Numbered from the stretch's first letter, positions 18,229 to 25,164 are shown. The stretch is DNA of 57,118 bases from Deltaproteobacteria bacterium CG11_big_fil_rev_8_21_14_0_20_49_13 (GCA_002796305.1 PCWZ01000049.1:1-57118), one strand, 5' to 3'. Notes: a model not told the origin generated them from the letters alone. A program made the numbers and translations.

Positions 18229-19269
18229 ATGAACAAACGTGTCGGGATACTCACTGGCGGCGGCGATTGTCCGGGGCTTAATGCCGTGATAAGAGCCGTG
18301 GTTTGGCGCGCGACCCAGTTCGGAGACAGGGTCATAGGACTTAAGAACGGATGGGCAGGCCTTCTTAACGCCGACACGATGCCTCTCGACAGAAAGATGG
18401 TTGGCGGCATCCTTTACCGCGGTGGCACGATACTTGGAACATCAAGGACAAATATCTTCAAGGAAGAATCAATAGCCGAGACGGCCATTAAAAATTTCAA
18501 AAAAATAGGCCTCGATGCCTTGGTAGCAGTAGGCGGAGAGGACACCTTGGGCGCAGCCTATAAGTTGGCCCAGCGGGGCATTAATGTTGTGGGCGTTCCA
18601 AAGACGATAGACAACGATCTTCCCGGGACGGATTTTACCTTTGGCTTCGACACGGCCATTTCAATAGCAACGGAGGCCATCGACAGACTTCACACGACCG
18701 CAGAATCTCACAACCGCGTCCTCGTGGTAGAGGTGATGGGGAGGCATGCGGGCTGGATAGCGACATATTCAGGACTTGCGGGCGGCGCCGATATCATTCT
18801 GGTGCCTGAACATCCGTTCAGGGTAGAAGATGTTTGCGAGGCGATAAGGCGCAGGCACGATGCCGGCAAGTTCTTCTCTATCGTCTGTATCGCCGAAGGC
18901 GCGCAGATGGTCACAAGGAAGGGTAAAGAGTCGGTACTTTCTTCAAAGGGGAAGGATGCGTTCGGGCATGTCCGCCTCGGCGGAATAGGTGCGGTGCTGG
19001 CGGAGAGGATAGAAGAGATCACCGGCTATGAAACGCGCGTTACGGTGCTTGGACATATACAGCGCGGCGGTACGCCAACGGCCCACGACCGCGTTCTTGC
19101 AACACGCTACGGAGTTGAGGCAATGGATTGTGTGCACGAACAAGACTTTGGTGTGATGGTGGCGCTACAAGGCTCGAAGATCGTTCGTATCCCTCTCAAG
19201 ACCGTTGCCAAGAAGATAAAGACGATAGACAAAGATTTATACGATCTTACCAAGGTCTTTCAATATTGA
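18229..19269 (+). CDS. pfp: 6-phosphofructokinase, group III, predicted pyrophosphate-dependent
   Basis: ATG at 18229 after AGGAGGA (the ORF track starts earlier, at 18163). GILTGGGDCPGLNAVIR, GGEDTLG, PKTIDNDL and MGRHAGW motifs. Asp and Lys sit at the positions equivalent to E. coli Gly104 and Gly124. Confidence 0.85.
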   Translation: MNKRVGILTGGGDCPGLNAVIRAVVWRATQFGDRVIGLKNGWAGLLNADTMPLDRKMVGGILYRGGTILGTSRTNIFKEESIAETAIKNFKKIGLDALVAVGGEDTLGAAYKLAQRGINVVGVPKTIDNDLPGTDFTFGFDTAISIATEAIDRLHTTAESHNRVLVVEVMGRHAGWIATYSGLAGGADIILVPEHPFRVEDVCEAIRRRHDAGKFFSIVCIAEGAQMVTRKGKESVLSSKGKDAFGHVRLGGIGAVLAERIEEITGYETRVTVLGHIQRGGTPTAHDRVLATRYGVEAMDCVHEQDFGVMVALQGSKIVRIPLKTVAKKIKTIDKDLYDLTKVFQY

Positions 19270-19563
19270 CCGAGTTAACCGATAAGATTTTTTATCTTTT
19301 CCAGCAATTCTTCCGGATCGGCAGAGAGATAGAACTGGCTATTGCAAAGGCCGCGCCAATCGCAATTTTCAGCGTGCCTGCTCTTGCGGAGTTTATTTAA
19401 TGGACGGCGGGCTGATGTAGGCAGGAATGCGGGGAGAGACACAAAACAAGAGTTTGAAGTCGCGCTCCGGGTATTTCCTCGCGCACCCACGAAACGTGAG
19501 TACCCGCGGTCGGTCGGAACAGCGGCTCCTTCGGAACCGAGTTCTCGTCCAGAGAACCTAAAA

Positions 19564-19606
19564 AGTCGAAAGGCCAGCTGTTTACACAGCCGGCCTTTCG
19601 ACTTTG
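19564..19606 (-). terminator. Intrinsic terminator downstream of the tRNA
   Basis: Minus strand reads AAAGTCGAAAGGCC-loop-GGCCTTTCGACTTTT (12-bp stem plus T-run). Confidence 0.65.
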
Positions 19607-19678
19607 TGGGCCTCGAGGGACTCGAACCCCCAGCCAACCGGTTATGAGCCGGTAGCTCTACCATTGAGCTAGAGGCCC
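19607..19678 (-). tRNA. tRNA with CAU anticodon (elongator Met, or Ile2/lysidine type)
   Basis: Manual cloverleaf: GGGCCTC/TA/GCTC-AATGGTA-GAGC/T/ACCGG-CTCATAA-CCGGT/TGGCT/GGGGG-TTCGAGT-CCCTC/GAGGCCC-A. G1-C72 is paired, so it is not an initiator. CCA is not encoded. Confidence 0.85.
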
Positions 19679-19911
19679 TATTTAAGATGGGGGGAACGAC
19701 CGGCTCGAAGACTCGCCGTTTCCCCCCAAGCCACTCGGCTCACCGCTGGCAAAGCCGGGCGGTTCGCCGCTTAACTATAATTTCAAACATTTATATTCAA
19801 AATTCTGCCCGCCAAAGCTCTAGTGGCGGGCGCTTCCTTAGAGGAAACCCATATATTATATGATGTCCTGTAGTCAACGTAAAATTAAACCGTTTAAAAA
19901 GTTTAAAAAGA

Positions 19912-19939
19912 TTGACAAATCCAAACCTTCAAGTAAATT
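19912..19939 (+). promoter_or_regulatory. sigma-70 promoter candidate (TTGACA-16 nt-TAAATT) for the peptide/rSAM cassette
   Basis: Perfect -35 box. The -10 box has T1, A2 and T6. It lies about 27 nt upstream of the ATG at 19966, with SD GGGAGGA in between. Confidence 0.55.
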
Positions 19940-19965
19940 AACGCCTCAACAAATCGGGAGGAAAA

Positions 19966-20118
19966 ATGGATAGAAAGAAAAAAGAAGATCTGTGCAAATG
20001 CGGTTGCGACCCCAAAGTAACGACCAAAAAGGACAAAAAGAACCAGAAATGGGTGAAGCCGGAGCTTACAGACGTGTCCGGACGTGTAATGGCACAGCCT
20101 TATATCAGATTTACCTAG
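19966..20118 (+). CDS. 50-aa precursor-like peptide with a PqqA-like C-terminal 22 residues
   Basis: Below the ORF-track size cutoff. Own translation: MDRKKKEDLCKCGCDPKVTTKKDKKNQKWVKPELTDVSGRVMAQPYIRFT. Strong SD GGGAGGA 4 nt upstream. Located directly upstream of the PqqD-like and radical SAM genes. Confidence 0.7.
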   Translation: MDRKKKEDLCKCGCDPKVTTKKDKKNQKWVKPELTDVSGRVMAQPYIRFT

Positions 20119-20153
20119 ATCTTAAACGCGGTGTGATGGATATCGTAACGTTT

Positions 20154-20196
20154 CAAGGGGGCGACGTTTATGACGATGCCCCTTTGTTTTATTTTA
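20154..20196 (+). terminator. Terminator/attenuator-like hairpin between the peptide gene and the pqqD-like gene
   Basis: CAAGGGGGC-15 nt loop-GCCCCTTTG (9 bp including one G-U pair), followed by TTTTATTTTA. Confidence 0.45.
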
Positions 20197-20245
20197 AAGC
20201 CCGCCTTCGCCATTAAAATGGCTACGGCGAGGCAAGGAGAAATCT

Positions 20246-20497
20246 ATGGAATTCAAAAAGAACGTTCAGGTGCGGAAAGAAAAGTTTGGAACGGTCATCT
20301 TTGAGACATTAAAAGAGAAGGTCTTTGTTACCAACGAAACCGGTGCTGAAATTATCGAGCGCCTCAAAGAGAAGAAGACGCCGGATGTCATTGTTAACGA
20401 ATTGGCGTCGCTTTACGGAGCATCTAAAGAAGCCATCGCTAATGATGTCAACTGTTTTATCGAAAACATGATCGATCAGGAGGTGTTAGCAAGATAA
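20246..20497 (+). CDS. PqqD-family protein (RiPP recognition element-type peptide chaperone)
   Basis: 83 aa. The pattern FGTVIFETLKEKVFVTNETGAEIIERLKEKKTPDVIVNELASLYG...ANDVNCFIENMIDQEVL is typical of PqqD/MftB-like proteins. Confidence 0.8.
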   Translation: MEFKKNVQVRKEKFGTVIFETLKEKVFVTNETGAEIIERLKEKKTPDVIVNELASLYGASKEAIANDVNCFIENMIDQEVLAR

Positions 20498-20528
20498 GTG
20501 TTCTAGTGCGTGGTTCGGAGAGCTCCGA

Positions 20529-20559
20529 CTAATCACTAATCACTGTTCACTAATCACTG
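20529..20559. repeat. Heptamer tandem repeat (CTAATCA CTAATCA CTGTTCA CTAATCA CTG)
   Basis: Read directly from the sequence. Lies between the pqqD-like and radical SAM genes. Confidence 0.7.
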
Positions 20560-20567
20560 TAGTAAAC

Positions 20568-21548
20568 ATGGAACCCACAAAGAACTTTAACACAACGCCC
20601 GGCATGGCCGGAGAGAATTTTGACGATTTCAAGGCGCCGCTGTTTCTTGCGTGGCAGATAAATTCCGTCTGCAACCTTGGATGCCTCCACTGTTGCGAAG
20701 AGGCCGGCCACCACATTCCGGGAGAGATGACAAGGGATCAAATTTTCACTTTCCTGCATCAGGTCCGCGAGATGGGGATCCCTTACGTTGCCATATCCGG
20801 CGGCGAGCCGCTTCTGCATCCCAACTTCTTCGAAGTGGCAGAGTTCATCCGCGAAGCCGGAATGAGCCTAAAGGTCGAGACCAACGGAGAGTTCATCGAC
20901 GACAAGGTCGTTGATCGTTTTGCCGCGCTCGATTTTAGGTCGGTCCAAATAAGCCTCGATGGCGCGACCGCCGCCACCCATGAGGTCCTGCGTTTAAAGG
21001 GTGACTGGAAAAAATCTTATACCGCCGTAAAAAAACTGGTGGAAAAGGGCGTGACAACGGAGATAGTATTCGTGCCGACAAGTTTTAATATCCATGAAGT
21101 GGGCGAGGCGATAGACATGGCCCATGACCTTGGCTGCTACGGATTTTATACAGGCAAGATAATGCGCATCGGGCGTGCCGCGCTTAACTGGGATAAGTTG
21201 AATCCTACCGAAGAACAATACAAGGCCTTCTTTAAGACCCTCGACGAAAAAACAAAACAATACGAGAACAAGATGAAGGTCTATTACTATCCGTACGATG
21301 TCATCGAAGAGCTCAAATATAGATTGGAAAAGCCATCGGCGAGCCTCTTGGTCGTTCCTAACGGCAATACTAAATTAATAGGGCCGCTTCCCTTTATCTG
21401 CGGCAATGTTAAGGAACAATCGCTTGCGGAAGTTTGGGAACGTTACAAAAAGGCGTGGCGCGAACCCAAGGTCATCGAATTCACAAAGAGGGTCATAAAG
21501 GATCCCAACCTCCTCGCCCAATCAAATAAATGGCAAAACGTATTTTAA
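20568..21548 (+). CDS. Radical SAM enzyme, PqqE/MftC-like peptide-modifying type, with a Cys-poor (truncated SPASM-like) C-terminus
   Basis: CNLGCLHC (CX3CX2C), ISGGEPLL, and a C-terminal PFICGNVKEQSLAEVW resembling the start of a SPASM/Twitch domain. No CX2CX5CX3C motif. Confidence 0.8.
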   Translation: MEPTKNFNTTPGMAGENFDDFKAPLFLAWQINSVCNLGCLHCCEEAGHHIPGEMTRDQIFTFLHQVREMGIPYVAISGGEPLLHPNFFEVAEFIREAGMSLKVETNGEFIDDKVVDRFAALDFRSVQISLDGATAATHEVLRLKGDWKKSYTAVKKLVEKGVTTEIVFVPTSFNIHEVGEAIDMAHDLGCYGFYTGKIMRIGRAALNWDKLNPTEEQYKAFFKTLDEKTKQYENKMKVYYYPYDVIEELKYRLEKPSASLLVVPNGNTKLIGPLPFICGNVKEQSLAEVWERYKKAWREPKVIEFTKRVIKDPNLLAQSNKWQNVF

Positions 21549-22393
21549 GGTTCGTCCGTTACCGTTTTCTGCTATTTGCAGGCCTTCTGCCATATTGCCT
21601 TGGCGCCGTCATTTCGAGGCATAGCGTTCAAGCGTTCGACCTTAAACTCTTTCTTATAGGCCTTGTCGGCATATTTTTTACGCTCGTCGGAGTAGAGGCC
21701 TTCAACGAGTATTTCGACTGGGTGCTGGGGACCGACAGGGTCTTTCAGTTGAACCCAAAGCCTGTCACAAAAAAAAAGTTCTATATAGGTGTTGGGGCCT
21801 TCTTTATAGCCCTTTTGTTCGCGGTATATCTTACATGGCAGGTTGGGGCCGGCATTGCCATTTTTGCCTTGGTCGGTTTTATTGCGGCGGCCGGTTATCT
21901 TGGTCCGCCACTACGGTTCACGTACCGAGGACTTGGCGAGATCGTCATCGCCATTTCGTATGGCCCCGCCATGGTGCTTGGTAGCTACTACCTGCAGACC
22001 GGCCGGATAGATCTGCTTCCGGTCGTTGCATCAGCGTTACCGGCCATCTTTTTATTCTTAATAGCGATAATGAACGAGGTGCCCGATTTTCTGCAGGATA
22101 GCCTTGTCGGCAAGAGGAATATATGCGTAAGGAGCGGCAGGGAAGGGACGGTAACCATATACGGCTTGATGTCGGTCGTTCTCTACATAACTTTGACGCT
22201 GATGGTAATTATTGATCTGTTGCCAAAGATCTCCCTTCTTATCTTGCTAACCATCCCTTTTATGTGGCGCAACTATTACACCGCCAGAACTATGCTGGAG
22301 GAGCCTCCGAATCTGTTCGGTGCTATACGCGGGACCCTGATAGTTTACATCGTTTCCATGGGCGTTCTTATTGTCTCTTACTTGCAAAATTAA
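21530..22393 (+). CDS. UbiA-superfamily (MenA-like) aromatic prenyltransferase, polytopic membrane protein
   Basis: NEYFDWVLGTD (compare MenA NDYFDxxxGxD) and NEVPDFLQDSLVGKRN (compare NNxRDxxxDxxxGKxT). About 8-9 hydrophobic helices. 19-nt overlap with the radical SAM gene. Confidence 0.8.
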   Translation: MAKRILRFVRYRFLLFAGLLPYCLGAVISRHSVQAFDLKLFLIGLVGIFFTLVGVEAFNEYFDWVLGTDRVFQLNPKPVTKKKFYIGVGAFFIALLFAVYLTWQVGAGIAIFALVGFIAAAGYLGPPLRFTYRGLGEIVIAISYGPAMVLGSYYLQTGRIDLLPVVASALPAIFLFLIAIMNEVPDFLQDSLVGKRNICVRSGREGTVTIYGLMSVVLYITLTLMVIIDLLPKISLLILLTIPFMWRNYYTARTMLEEPPNLFGAIRGTLIVYIVSMGVLIVSYLQN

Positions 22394-22406
22394 AATAAAT
22401 GCGGGG

Positions 22407-22435
22407 TTGACAATTTTATCCAGCCAGCATATATC
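22407..22435 (+). promoter_or_regulatory. sigma-70 promoter candidate (TTGACA-17 nt-TATATC)
   Basis: Read directly from the sequence. Lies 12 nt upstream of the GTG at 22447. Confidence 0.5.
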
Positions 22436-22446
22436 CCCCGCCAATT

Positions 22447-23181
22447 GTGACAGCCGATCTGAAAGGTCAATTAGCGTTACTCAAGACACTGCAGGACGTC
22501 GATGTCGTCCTCCACGATATAAACCGCCAGTTGGAAGCAATACCCCTTAAAATAGACGAAGTCGCCTCCGTTTTTCGTGCCGCCCAGGAAGAAATAATCA
22601 AAAAAGAGGCCTTAAAAGCCGAGATCGAGAAAAAGAAGAGAGTTGAGGAGCTTGAGATAGAGGCCCAGAATGCCCGCACCAAAGAACGCGAGTCAAAGCT
22701 CCATGCTATTAAAACTAATAAGGAATATCAGGCCGCCATCAAAGAGATAGCCGACGCCAAGCAGACCACAAAGGATCGTGAAGAGGCCATTTTTACTATG
22801 ATGGAGTCGATAGAGAAGATTTCTGAAGAAATCACGCAACTTTCTTTGGGAATAGCCGATAAAGAGAATGTCTTTAGGAAAAAGGAGACTGGGCTCAAGC
22901 AGGAAGAGGAGCTCTTAAAGCTCGAACGTGACGAAAAGCTGGCTTTGAGGGCCGAGGCCGAGAAGGGCGTGGATAAGAAGGTCCTTAGCGAATACCGCTT
23001 AATTCAGCATCGTTTTAGCGATGGGATGGCGCTGGCAATAAACGGTGTCTGCGGCGGGTGCAATAAAAGGATACCCCCTCAGGTCTTTATCGAGCTAATG
23101 AAGTGGAAAGAGCTCATCAGTTGCCCAAACTGCCGCAGGCTCCTTTTCTTTGAAGAAGCGCCCACGCAAGAAGAAGCTTAA
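22447..23181 (+). CDS. Coiled-coil C4 zinc-ribbon protein (COG1579 family)
   Basis: Long heptad-rich coiled coil, then CGGCNKRIPPQ...CPNCRRLL. GTG start. Confidence 0.75.
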   Translation: MTADLKGQLALLKTLQDVDVVLHDINRQLEAIPLKIDEVASVFRAAQEEIIKKEALKAEIEKKKRVEELEIEAQNARTKERESKLHAIKTNKEYQAAIKEIADAKQTTKDREEAIFTMMESIEKISEEITQLSLGIADKENVFRKKETGLKQEEELLKLERDEKLALRAEAEKGVDKKVLSEYRLIQHRFSDGMALAINGVCGGCNKRIPPQVFIELMKWKELISCPNCRRLLFFEEAPTQEEA

Positions 23182-23189
23182 GAAATAAT

Positions 23190-23217
23190 TTGTCTTGCAT
23201 TTTTGGCGTGGTATAAT
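23190..23217 (+). promoter_or_regulatory. sigma-70 promoter candidate (TTGTCT-16 nt-TGgTATAAT, extended -10)
   Basis: Perfect TATAAT at 23212-23217, preceded by TGG. The ATG at 23229 is only 11 nt downstream. Confidence 0.5.
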
Positions 23218-23228
23218 CGCGTACAATT

Positions 23229-23570
23229 ATGATCAACATTAAAACAATGCCAAAGGATGCGGCCGCCGAGATCTTGCGTTATCTCGCCGAACATGAAGAC
23301 CTTCATTCGCTCGAAAAGGTTACGGGTGAAGAACTGACCTCGGTAGAGGTGAAGGCCCTCTTGAGGGAGATAGCCGACCAGCTTACAATTGAAGCCGCCG
23401 CCGAGACAAAAGGGGCCTTCAACGTCAGGGGAGACAAGACCCTTTCAAAGAACGCCAAGAACGTCATTTCATGCCTTTCGCCAAGGGAAGAGAAGCGCTT
23501 CCTTTCGGCATTCGGGCTTATCGACCCCTCGACTTGCCGGCCCGACGACCGGCGCGCTCGGGACAGGTAA
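23229..23570 (+). CDS. Hypothetical protein
   Basis: 113-aa ORF in the same orientation as its neighbours. I recognise no family. A short LSPREEKRFLSAFGL segment is reminiscent of sigma region 4. Confidence 0.45.
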   Translation: MINIKTMPKDAAAEILRYLAEHEDLHSLEKVTGEELTSVEVKALLREIADQLTIEAAAETKGAFNVRGDKTLSKNAKNVISCLSPREEKRFLSAFGLIDPSTCRPDDRRARDR

Positions 23571-23580
23571 GAAGTGACCC

Positions 23581-23982
23581 GTGAAAAAACTGATAATAAA
23601 TAGCGATGGTGCCGCACGCGGCAACCCCGGACCCGCCGGTATCGGTGTAACGATAAAGGACGAAAAAGGGGCCATTGTAAGAGAGATAGCCGAGTATCTG
23701 GGCGAAACGACGAACAATCAGGCGGAATATAGGGCGCTCATCGCAGGGTTAAAGGCGGCCGTAGAGATGGGCGCCGAAGAGATAAGGGCTTTTGCCGATT
23801 CGGAGCTTATCGTCAAACAGATAAAGGGCCTTTACAAGGTGAAGAACGAAGGACTTAGGCCCCTTTTTGAAGAGGTCAAGGGGCTCTTGCGAAAATTCAA
23901 GAGCTGTAATATAACCTATGTGCCTCGCGAGATGAACAAAGAGGCAGATAAGCTCGCCAACAAGGCGATAGACGAAGCTTAA
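23581..23982 (+). CDS. rnhA: Ribonuclease HI-family protein
   Basis: SDGAARGNPGPAGIG (Asp), NNQAEYRAL (Glu), ADSELIV (Asp) and NKEADKLAN (Asp). GTG start. Confidence 0.8.
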   Translation: MKKLIINSDGAARGNPGPAGIGVTIKDEKGAIVREIAEYLGETTNNQAEYRALIAGLKAAVEMGAEEIRAFADSELIVKQIKGLYKVKNEGLRPLFEEVKGLLRKFKSCNITYVPREMNKEADKLANKAIDEA

Positions 23983-24000
23983 AGTAAAGATCTTTGAAAA

Positions 24001-24463
24001 ATGAACGGAGGGCCTTTTACGCGGTCGCCGTCCGCCTTTGGCGGATGGAGGAAAGTCCGGGCTTTAAAGAGCGCCGTAGCGGATAACGTCCGCCATCTCG
24101 ATGAAAATCGGGAGAGGAACAGTGCCACAGAGACGAGTCTTGTCCGGGGACACACACTTAATTCAAGAAGTGTGAATTAATTGTGTGTCCCCGGATGAGG
24201 GTGAAACGAGGTAAACTCTACGGAAAGCAAGGCCAAGCAGGGACACGGGTTGCTCGCCCGTCCGATCCGGCAACGGAGAGGACAATCCCGGGTAGGCCGC
24301 TACTATCTTTATCAGTAACCGCCTTTGCCGCAAGGCTTTGAGCGAGTCAAGCGCTAGCGTTGGTAAAGATGACGAGATGCGAGGCAACTTTGCACCCCAG
24401 ATGAATGATCGCACCCCGGAAGGGGATACAGAACCCGGCTTATTAAAGGCCTTCCGTTCATTT
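24001..24463 (+). ncRNA. rnpB: RNase P RNA, bacterial type A
   Basis: GGAGGAAAGTCCGGGC (P4 5' strand), CAGTGCCACAGAGAC, GGGTGAAACGAGGTAA, and ACAGAACCCGGCTTA (P4 3' strand). P1 pairs ATGAACGGAGGGCCTTT with AAAGGCCTTCCGTTCAT. T-run after the 3' end. Confidence 0.9.
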
Positions 24464-24473
24464 TTATCTTATT

Positions 24474-25112
24474 TTAAAACGAGTAGGTCAATCCAACCTT
24501 CACAGGTATCTGTATGATCGGCGTTGTCGAGCTGTCCGAAAGGTCGTTGTCGTTGAGAAAAAGAATTATCTTTACCGGGACCTCTACCATTAGCGAGAGG
24601 TTCGTCACGTTTGGCGAACCGGCCATCGCATATTCCATCAAGGTGTATTTAAAACCAAATGCCGCACCGAAATCGGGGCCAAGCGACGCCGACTGGTTCG
24701 CAACCTTTCCTTCTGTCATGTAGTTAAAGCCTGCCAGCGCTCCCACGTATGGGTCGAACTTTCTGTCGGGATCTAAGAAGTGAAAGTTTACCTGCATATC
24801 ACCGTTTATAAGATTTACCCACTCTGAACTATTGAGCTTTAGCATTCCCCAGTTGGCCGAAAGGGCTAGACCGAGCCAGTCGGGTCGTTCAAACTCGTAC
24901 CCGCCCATGAGGAAGGCGCCGAAGTTGGGCCAGAACTTGATCGATGAACCGGGATCGGGCGCTATCACGCTCTGGTCCTTCCATGTGAACATTACCGGCT
25001 GCTGATAGCCGCCGCCGATATAGAAGCCTTCGGTGCGGGCGTGCGCGGAAGAGGTCAGGAGGCAAGAAGCAAGAAACAGGATGCAGGACACAGAAAATAC
25101 TATTTTTTTCAT
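24474..25112 (-). CDS. Small outer-membrane beta-barrel protein
   Basis: Start taken at the ATG at 25112 (MKKIVFSVSCILFLASCLLTSSAHA signal peptide). Alternating aromatic beta-strand pattern. C-terminal ...GLTYSF. Confidence 0.7.
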   Translation of the reverse strand: MKKIVFSVSCILFLASCLLTSSAHARTEGFYIGGGYQQPVMFTWKDQSVIAPDPGSSIKFWPNFGAFLMGGYEFERPDWLGLALSANWGMLKLNSSEWVNLINGDMQVNFHFLDPDRKFDPYVGALAGFNYMTEGKVANQSASLGPDFGAAFGFKYTLMEYAMAGSPNVTNLSLMVEVPVKIILFLNDNDLSDSSTTPIIQIPVKVGLTYSF

Positions 25113-25164
25113 ATGAACTCCGCAGATTAGATGCCGGAGACTGGAATCCGGAGGCTGGAGAACT

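Noticed and set aside
19522-19560. SRP (4.5S) RNA
   Set aside because: The local GAAGGAGCCGC string superficially resembles the SRP domain IV motif. The required symmetric and asymmetric loop context and the flanking helix are absent.
19275-19664. 129-aa minus-strand ORF (plus the 90- and 101-aa plus-strand ORFs)
   Set aside because: It overlaps the tRNA gene and its terminator. It is Arg/Ser/Gly-rich and low-complexity with no RBS, so it is most likely non-coding.
19992-20216. 74-aa ORF from the track overlapping the peptide-gene region
   Set aside because: It is in a different frame from the RBS-preceded 50-aa ORF and has no SD. It runs through the terminator-like hairpin, and its sequence has no recognisable features.
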